Assembly: GCA_045132635.1 (NCBI GenBank)
Contig: JBGUSR010000026.1
Coordinates: 983 to 64,982, forward strand
DNA from: Akkermansia sp.
Lineage (GTDB): Bacteria; Verrucomicrobiota; Verrucomicrobiia; Verrucomicrobiales; Akkermansiaceae
Direction: 5' to 3'
Length of the DNA: 64,000 bases
Notes under the pieces: model-generated
The model's database searches: none
The model's input: only the letters and a program-made list of their open reading frames with translations
Told to the model about the DNA's origin: nothing
Part shown: positions 1-9,600 of the stretch, piece after piece
Numbering within the stretch: the first letter of the stretch is position 1
Layout: each line of letters begins with the position of its first letter
Translations under genes and position numbers: made by a program

Positions 1-547
1 GCTCCACATCGCCCATAATGCGCTGCGGCAGGTAAAGCTGGTGGTATTCCAGCGGGGCAAAAGGCAAGGGCTCATCCGAATCATCCGGATTCAGCAGAGT
101 AGCCAGCAGCGGATTAAAATCCGGCGAGGGATTGGCCATTTCCGTGAGGTGCACATTCAGCACACGGCCATACTGGCGGTTCAGCTCGCGGTAGAGGTTA
201 ATACGATTCTGCACGTAGGGGTCATCGCTGCTCTCCAGTGCGGGCGTATTCTCATCCGCCGTTTCAGGCAGCATATCGCAGGTGGTCACAAACACGGTGA
301 GCTCCGGCTTGATATCGGCCAGGTGGTTGATGAGGTAGTTCGTGGCGCGGGTATCGGCTTCCACATCCGCACGCACCTTCGCCGGGCCATTCGCCACAGC
401 ATTATCCAGATACACCATCATGCCGAAGGAGCGGCCAAAGGTAATCTTGAAATTTTCCTTATCAATCAGATAATCAAAATAGCGGCGCTTCGTCCAGTAT
501 TTACCGAAAACCGTACTTGCACCAAGGAATGCTGTTTCGTGTGCCAT
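1..547 (-). CDS. hypothetical protein, N-terminal 182 codons (gene continues past left edge)
   Basis: Hand translation of the minus strand from ATG (complement of 545-547) stays open to position 2: MAHETAFLGASTVFGKYWTKRRYFDYLIDKENFKITFGRSFGMMVYLDNAVANGPAKV... It is absent from the ORF track, probably because its stop codon lies outside the window. The competing + ORF 41-1207 crosses a terminator and is antisense to two genes. No family recognised. Confidence 0.5.
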   Translation of the reverse strand, partial: MAHETAFLGASTVFGKYWTKRRYFDYLIDKENFKITFGRSFGMMVYLDNAVANGPAKVRADVEADTRATNYLINHLADIKPELTVFVTTCDMLPETADENTPALESSDDPYVQNRINLYRELNRQYGRVLNVHLTEMANPSPDFNPLLATLLNPDDSDEPLPFAPLEYHQLYLPQRIMGDVE

Positions 548-613
548 GATTCTTATATGCGTAAGCCTCTACGCAGCCGCATTCTAACCCATTTTTCAAC
601 CAATAGCAAGCAG

Positions 614-650
614 GAAAAACGGCCAGGGGGGATACCCTGGCCGTTTTTCC
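614..650 (-). terminator. rho-independent terminator after the giant gene (symmetrical A/T flanks)
   Basis: Stem acggccaggg / ccctggccgt with a short loop. It is flanked by aaaaa on the left and ttttt on the right. It lies 14 nt downstream of the stop at 664-666. Confidence 0.7.
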
Positions 651-663
651 TGCATATATACTT

Positions 664-3600
664 TTATTTGCGGCGGCGTCTCATTGCCAGCGCCGTAAGC
701 GCCAGCAGGCTGAGCGTCGTCGTGGCCGGCTCGGGCACATTCACCACCAGCAGCGAACCCACGTTATCAATCACCTGGAAATCCACATACAGATTCGCGT
801 TCTGCACATTGGCGAACACCGAGGAAGCCAGCACGCGGCTGCTTTCCAGCTCTGCTGCGGCAGCCACAACAGGCATATTGAACTCACCCACGCCGGAGAA
901 CAGGGCCAGAGTTTCACCGTATTCCAGAGCCTGCATTGCAGCCAGCAGGTTATCACCCAGCTGCACACCGCTGCCGAAGGTCAGCGCAGCGCCGTTCAGC
1001 TGCACGGCGTCAACCGTGCCGGTCATCTCCAGCGTTGCTCCATCGGCCATCGTGAGGCTTGCAGTGGTCAATGCTGCACCAGCGCCAAACACAGCGGAGG
1101 AACTCACCGCCACGGCGGCCTTGGCAGAAGATGTATTTCCGCCAGTGTACATGCCCACGGACTTACCGGTAGCCACCTCCAGCACGTTCAGCGAAAGAGC
1201 CTCCTGATTCAGCACATTGATATCACCACGGCTGGCAACCACACCGGCAAGCGTGTTATGCTGGTTATCGACCGTCAGCAGCTTACCACCGGAGTTCATG
1301 TTCTCAATCGTGGAATTCGTCAGCTTATTGGAAAGCGTGCGGGCAACCGAGGAATCATACTTCAGGCGTGCATTGGTCAGTTCAAAATCGGCATTGCCTA
1401 CCGTGTATTCACCATCCGATGCGTTGCATACAATACTTGCGCTTCCCGTACCGCCTCCGTGAGCAATAATGACGCCATCCTCCGTGGAGGTCAACTGAGC
1501 CCCGGACTCCAGCTTAATGGTAGAGGTACTGCAACCATAAATCTTGCCCGTCACCTTGAGGTCAACATTCTGAGCCAGACTCAGTGTGCCCCTGGACGTT
1601 CCGCCCTGGGAGGCATCCAGCATACCCAGCACATTCTGAGCCCCGGTATGGGCAAGCACCAGCTCACCTCCCTTGGGATTCAGCGTTGCAAGCTTCACCA
1701 GAGAGTTCACCTCCATGCGGCCACCGCCTTGTTTTTCGACCACGATGCTCTTGCCATCATTTGTATCGTAGTGCATGCGACCATTGAGCGCAAGCTCTGC
1801 ATCATCACGAACATCAAAGGTCAGCTTCACGTTGCGGATGCGGATATTCGAATCAATGGTATTCTCACCGCTCTCTACCACAATAGACGATGCAGTATTG
1901 TAATCCAGTCCAGCAGTGTAGCTGGCACCATACGAGCCACCGGCGCCTTCTATCTTCGCACCGTTCTTCAGCACAAGGGCCGTATTCTGCATGGTCTGGC
2001 GAGTGGTACCAACATCGATTACACCGCCGTTCACCGTAATGGTCTTTGACTTACCGTTGGTATAATCAATCATGTCGGAGCCAGAGCCTGTGAACTCCAT
2101 GCGACCGCCGGCGTTGATGGTGACATTGGTATCCACCACCTTATTATTGCTTCCACCCAGTCGCAGCGTGCCACCGTCATTCACCGTGACTGCCCCCTTC
2201 AGGATAGAAGCATTCACACTCTCGCCACCAGCAGGAGCCAGCTCCAGCACGCCACCATTAATCACAACGGCGGAGGTTCCCAAAGCACCATTTGTAGAAG
2301 TACGCAGCACACCGGCATTCACCGTGGTAGTGTTGGCATAAGTATTAGCCCCTGTCAGCACGAGCGTACCAGCACCTTCCTTGGTGATGGAGCCCTTCCC
2401 TGCTACATCATCCGCATGAATAAGCCCGTTCACCGTCAGGGTGGCATCCTTGCTTACATCATAGTTCAGGTTATTACCATCGCGCAAGCGGGTCTTGGCC
2501 GAAATAGTGCTGCTGCCGCTGGTGGCGTAGATGGTGGAATTATTTGTATTAAAATCCATTGCGGCATATTTTTCACCATATTTACCACCAGAGCCCAGCA
2601 CCTGCGCACCATCGCTGAGGCGCAGCTCCCAGGAGCCCATGGTCTGTCGTGTCGTGCCAAAATCCAGAGTACCACCAGACACAGTGACATTCTTGCCCAT
2701 GGCCTGATGATTCAGCGTATCACACACAGACTCATCACCTGCAAAGGTGAGAGAGCCGCCGTTAGTGATGGTAATATTCCCCTGCAGAATCTTATTTCCG
2801 GAGCTTGTACCTGACGCCACGGCAGTACCGCCATTGAGATGCAGACCGGTAGTCAAGGCCGAATTCAAGTTCAAGCTCACACCCTTCTGCAGTTCGAGCG
2901 TGGCAAGCTGGTTAAACGCAGAGTTAAATGCCAGGGCACCACTTCCCTGCACAGCCAGGGTCGTATTCCCCTGCACCGCCACATTGCCGGTCAGCGCCAG
3001 GCTGCTGCCGCCGAAGCTCATCGTGACGCGGGAATCCGCACCGCTATCACCCAGGGTCAGGTTGGTCCTTACCTCATTACCAGCGGCGGTCAGCGTAGAG
3101 CCATCCATCAGCTGCACGTTACCAGTCGTTGCATTCTGCACCTGCAGGGTAGAGCCCTGCCCCATGCGAAGCGAACCGGCACCCGTTATCTCGGACTCCA
3201 CAGCCAGGGTCAGATTATTGACGGTAGCCTGTGCGCCCTTGCTGATTTCCATGCTATCAACCGCCACGAGCCCGGAGCCCGCCAGCTGGCTGCTCTCGGC
3301 CACACGCAGCGTATCAACATTCACCGTATTATTGATAACCAGAGCACCCGCACCATGCTTCTCAATACGGGACGCCGTCAGGGTAGCGCCATTTGCAGAG
3401 CTCACCGTTACGTCTCTCAGGTTATCAAAATATGCAGTGCCAACGCTGGTAGAGCCGGACAGCACCACCTCACTGGAACCACCCATACTGCCGAATACTA
3501 CCTTGGCATCCGGCTGAAGCACACTTTCATTGCCCGTCCACACCGTATAGCTATCTGCCAGCGCAAAGGTAGCCAGAAGCCCGTTGCCAGATGCGCTGAG

Positions 3601-6600
3601 CGTAGCCGTCAGATAATCGCCGGCATCATATACCAGCTTACCATCCAGTGCGCTCCAATCGCCACCAGCCAGCAGATAACTGGCACCTGCCGTAATAGAA
3701 GTGGTATTGCCAAACAACACATTCAGGGACGTGAAATCACTGCCCAGACTTACCCCCTGAACGCTCAGCGCAGCGGTGGAGGTATTGTAAGCGCCGAACA
3801 TCAAGCTACCGCCATTCAAAACCAGGTTGCTATTCAGCACAGCAGGCATACCATCCGCCCCAGCCAGCACGTTGAGAGTCTGCCCGGCATTCAGGGAATA
3901 TTCCGAGCCCAGAGTCAGTTCCGCCCCCTGGGCAATGCTGATATCGCCATGCACCGTAGAAGCCGCGGTGAATTCCAGACTACCCTGCAGAGCCGTCACA
4001 TCATGCACCACGTTGGCGCTGTTGGTAAAGGTCTGTTTACCGGCACCATCCTTCACGATGTTCAGGCCATTGGAAGCATCACCCAGTATGGTACCATTGT
4101 ATGTATGGTCCTTTCCTGCCGTGTTGATGGTAAGGGTATTCAACGCTGACGAAACTGGATTAGCCCCATTACCGTACGACTTAATCCCTCCAGCGTACAC
4201 AAATGTATTGGTGGTACCGCCAATGCCTGCCACATGTGCATTCTGAATACTGATGGCCAGCCCCGGTCGGCTGTTACTGTCACCCCACATGTTGATGACC
4301 ATGTTCTTAGCGGCATAGTCATGAGCCAGGCTCACATGCTGCATAGAACCATGATTATCCAACTGATTGACCAACAGAGTACCCTCGAAGGAATTGGCGC
4401 TACTCAACACCAGTCTGCTCGGTCCGCTGGACGTATTATCAAACCAGCGGTTCACACCCTGCCACTCAATTTCACCACGACCGGTCAACGATGCAATGTT
4501 ATAAATGTGGTTCCAATCACTGGAACTATCGGTAATGGTCAGTTTTTTACCATCGCTGATATGGAGATGGTTGATATTGTGAGTAATATTCTGATATCGG
4601 GAGGGGTCACCCTGCTCTGTGTGGAGCGTGCTATTCGTCACCACACTTAAGGTACCACCTATATTCTGAGTAGCATAGGCAGTTCGGTATCCGAGATAAG
4701 TATTCCCGGAGAGCTCAAGCACACCGCCACCAGTATTGATATTGGCAGCGTATATATCCACCCGGTTGCCCTCCAGGCGCAATGTGGCTCCCGCGGCAGC
4801 TCCAATGTGACCATTAACCGTAAGGGTGCCATTTCCAGCGCTGAGAGTACCAGTACCGCTGGTAGCAATGATTTCTGCCCCGCCTGCAATGGTGGCGCCC
4901 TGGGCATTAACCACACCGCCATCTGTCAGTTCTGCCTTGTTAGTAAAGCTTACACCATTCAGTTCCAGCGTACCGCCATTGGCAATCGTCACAGCGTGGG
5001 CAGCATCAAGCGTACCACCGTTCTGCATCACCAGCTTGCCGCCGTTCTGCACCGTGAGGCTGTCATAAGACACATTACCGGCCACGGTCATCGTATTTTC
5101 AGTCACCAGGTCGGAACCGGCCAGCTGGCCACCAGTATTCACTACCACTGCACCATCCAGGGTACCGCGGTCAGCTGTCAACTGCCACACGCCACCGTTG
5201 TTCACATTCACCGTGGCTCCGTTCTGAGCTACCTTGGTGGAAAGCGTGGTACCCACGTTCAGGGTATTGGTGGAGGAAAGCTGAATTTCCGCCAGTTCAT
5301 TCATGCCGGTGTGAGTATTCAATGCCCCCGTTCCCTGCACGACAAGTGTCGTGTTTTCCTTAGCCTCAAACGCCCCGTTCAGGCTGAGTTCCGAGCCCTG
5401 AATATCCAGATTCACCCGGCTGGCAGCTTCATCTTCACCCAGTATCAGATCTGTTCCGAGCGCAGTGCCGGTCGTGGTCAGCATAGCGCCATCCTGCAGG
5501 TGCAGCGTGGCCCCCTCACCGGATTCCACCTGCAGGTGTGCTCCACCAGCCACCTGAAGCGTGCCGGTACCGCTGATTTCACCTACCGCCAGTTTACCCG
5601 TGCCCTTCAGCGCAGATGTATCCTCTACCAGCAGAGTATCAGCTGTCACATTGGTATTCACCACCAGCGCACCAGTATCATACTTGCCCATGGTACCGAT
5701 AGCCAGCGCGCTGCCATCTGTGGACGAGATGGTGAAATCAGCCTCATTATCGAACACGGCAGTATCGGCCTGAGCCCCACCGGTAATCTCGAGGCGGCTG
5801 AGATTGCCCTCACCACCCATGAACACCAGCTTATTCCCCGGCTGCACTTCCGAATAATTGCCACCCCAGTAGGCAAATCCTTCCTTCATATCCAGCTGGA
5901 TACTCAGGCCAGAGTTTCCGGTCTCCAGGGTCATCTGCTTGTATAACTCGGGGGTGAACAGAGAAATCCGGTCCTCCATGGCAGACCAGTCGCCCGAGGC
6001 CAGCAGGTATTTCACCCCAAGCTGCAGGGCATCCGTATCAGCAAAGGTGAGATTCATGCCGCCTGCATCGGAGGCAGATATAGAGCCATTCACAGCCAGC
6101 GCAGCAGAGCTGGAGCTCAGCACATCGAAATGCAGCGTACCGCCATCAAACACCAGTCCGCTATTCAACACAGCGGCGCCGCCATTCGCGCCAGCCACCA
6201 CATTCAGCGTGTGCCCTGAACCCAGGGTAAAGCTATCATTCAGTTTCAGAGTGGCACCTTGCGCCACCGTCACATCACCCTTGATATACAGCCCGGTTGA
6301 ATTAAAATTCAGCGTACCATTCAGAGCAGCCACATCATTCACCACCACCGTAGAACCATTGAAAAGCTGGGTACCCGTGCCGGTCATCGCGATGCTCACG
6401 CCATAGGAACTGGTCTTATCGCCCTCAGTGCCAATAGTGCCTTTGTATTGATAATTGCCGCTGCCGGTAATCTCCAGCGTAGTGCTGCGAGTGGAATCAG
6501 GCGCCGACCTGGACACACCACTGGGAGCGGCACCGGCCATCACATGAGCAAAGACAGGCGAATCCGTAGCTTTAAGCCCGCCAATCTTGATTCGCTCATC

Positions 6601-9600
6601 ATTCAAGGCCAGCGTGGCATAAGCATCTCGATTTGCATATAAGGCCCATGTACCCACAAGATTGACCGTGGCGCCACTTATCGCTTCCTCGCTGTCAATC
6701 TGCAGATAGGCCTGGAAATTTTTACTATATGTTGCTGCAGTGTCAGCGTATCCGGGGTCATGCTGACGATAGAAATCAAGAGTACCACTGAAGCCTCCAT
6801 CGCCATCGATAACGACGCTGGAGCTGTAATAATGCGTATTCTGCGGATTCCACTTGAAGGTACCATCACCAGTAAGCTTATCGATATGCCATATCGTATT
6901 CCAGGTATGGTCAACAATCTTGAGCTCGTTACCGGAGGCCACGTGGATATGCTCCAGCTGCTTCTGCATGTTATCCGCTCCATTGGACTCGATGCTGTGC
7001 AGCTCCGATGAGCCCACTGCATTCAGCGTGCCTCTTAACGTCTGGCCAGATGTGCTGTTGAAATACAGCTTGGAATTCTGCAGGTTCAGCGTACCGTTGT
7101 TAACGATGTTCTCAGCACCGGTGAGCTTCCACGCACCGCCGCGGATACATTCCGTTGCGCCATCGGCAATAGAGATGGTTCCACTATAATTGACAGCAGC
7201 GCCTGAACCAGCCGCCAGTACACCGCCGGCCAGCTTGATGTTGCTCCCGAGAGAGCCGGAACCCACAGTAACGGAACCCTCACTGATGGTAAGCAATGAC
7301 CAGCTGCTCCCGGCATCCGCGCTGAGAGCCAGATCCGCAGCACCGGTCTTTTCCACAGTCCCCAGCTGCAGGCGCCCGGCAACGGAGGAATCCTCCGTTA
7401 TATTGAAAATCAGATTACCGGCGCTGGTTCCGTTAATCCGGCCACCAGACTGCACCTCCACATTATGCAGAACGTGAGATGTACCGCCCAGGTCCAGAAT
7501 ACCGCCATTCAGCACACTCACCCCGCTGGCTGCAGACAAGGCGTCATCCTGCGAGATGACCAGGGTGATATCACCACCCGTGCCATCATTTCTGCCCATG
7601 ACGGAGACCTGTCCGGTAATTGCGGAAGCATCCAGCACCACCTTGCCACCGCTGCTTCCCTGAGCATCGATGATTAAATCACGCCCGGATTCCAGCGCGG
7701 TATTCACCGTAAAGGTAGCACCATTGATTGCGCCGAAGCGATATGCCTGATTCTCTGCCAGCCAGAACTCGCCACTCCAGGTCTTATCTGCAGCAACGCC
7801 AACCGTAAGCGAGGGGTGATTCTGAAGTGCTATGGCATTGTCACTGAAATTATCCACCAGCACCATACCATCCGACCCAGTGGACATTCTCATGACATCG
7901 CTCGCAGAATACAATTCACTTGCATTACCATAGCTCAAATCCACGATTGCCGAGCCCAGGGCACCATCCTCATAGGTCAGCAGCACGCCCTCGCCACTGA
8001 AAACGATGTTACCAGTGAAGGAATTGCCCTGATTCGTCAGATGCACCACACCCGTGGAATTCTCCGTAGCGCCCAGCAGCAGGTCATTGTCTCCGCTCAG
8101 CACATAGTTAACCACCAGCGTACCACCGCCACCGCCCAGGCGCCAGGCGCCATCGGCAGCATTCAGCGTCTCGGTTGTACCATGCGTGCCATACTGCACC
8201 GTCTTACCGGCTTCTGCACCAATGAACAGGTTATTGTAACCTGCAATATTCAGCTGCTCAGAATCCGAGGAAAGCACCAGAGTACCGGTAGAGCTGGTAT
8301 CGATATGCTCCAGCAGCTGGGCTCCGGTTTCCTTGTGCGAAGCTATCCAGGCATCATCCTGTATCACCCACTTGTTCGTGCTGGTATCACCCAGAGCGGT
8401 AGCAGAATCCGCAATCAGGCCACCGCACACCAAAGTCTTGGTTCCGGTAAAGGTATTATCCCCGGATAAGGTGAAGGTCAAGGACCAATCCTTGAGGTCC
8501 ACACTCATGTTACCCGTGCCGGAAATATTGCCGGCGTAGGTGTTATTCACAGTCACGCCAGAGCTGTACTCCACCTTGAGCGTACCACCGTTGAGCACCG
8601 TATCGCCCTTGTGCCCGTAAAAGGCAGCATACTTGGAAACATCCTCCAGACGCTGGCCGCCTTCCACGTATTCCTGAGCATGTGTCACGCCCTCGCGCAT
8701 CACATAGGTGCCGCCGCTCTCCACGGTTACGTCACCCGTGAGTCGGGCATGGTCGCCCAGCTCAAAGGTGGCACCGTTCTTCACGGTCACATCCATGGCT
8801 GCATCGGCATAGTGCCAGTCGTTGGCATTGGTGTAGCGGTTGGCATTCACGCCATTGGCTGAGCCTGCGGCGTGAATGGTATTCGTGCCGCGCAGCACCA
8901 CCTTGCCATTATCCACCTGCAGACCGCTGTTTTCCTTCTGCAGGTTAGTGTGCACGCTGTTGAGCACCCATGTGCCGCCACCGGCATACTGAATCTTCAG
9001 GGAAGAATCTGCCGTATCCTGGAAAGAGCCCAGGAAAGTCGTGTCGCCACTCTGGCGGTAAATCAGCGTTGAACTGCCCTTGCTGTTGGCAATAACGGCA
9101 TCCTCGGTCAGGGCATTGATGGTGAAACCGGCATCTGCAATAGTCTCACTGGTGCTGGTGGTGTACCAATACATGCTCTGGCCGTTCATATCCAGCACGC
9201 CGCCCTTGTTGCCGAAGGTGAAATCGCGCTCAATCTGGCCGATATCATCAATCACCACCCTGGCACCATTGTTCACCAGCACATTGTAGGCAGCATAGCC
9301 GCCGGTGCGCTTCAGGTAGGTAGAGCCGCTGCCACCCAGATTCAGCAGGATATTGTTATCTCCGCTGCCTTCGATGTACATGTCGCCGGCGCCAATCTTG
9401 CGCCATTCGTACATGTGCGTATCAGAGCTCGTGAGCTGGAGATGCAGGGAAACATTCTCATTCACCAGATAACCGGCGGAGTTCAGCATGAAGTTGCCAC
9501 CGGAGGCGGAGGAGACCGTGTAGCTCACAGGTGCATCGCCGGCAGCGCTGAATTCTGCATAGCCTACGCCCAGGTCCACCGTGGCATTCAACACCACGGC

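Noticed and set aside
41-1207. 388-aa + strand ORF at the left edge
   Set aside because: It runs antisense to the partial gene 1-547 and to the 3-prime end of the giant gene. It crosses the intergenic terminator at 614-650. Its R/I/H/Q-rich composition has no motifs. It is a shadow ORF.
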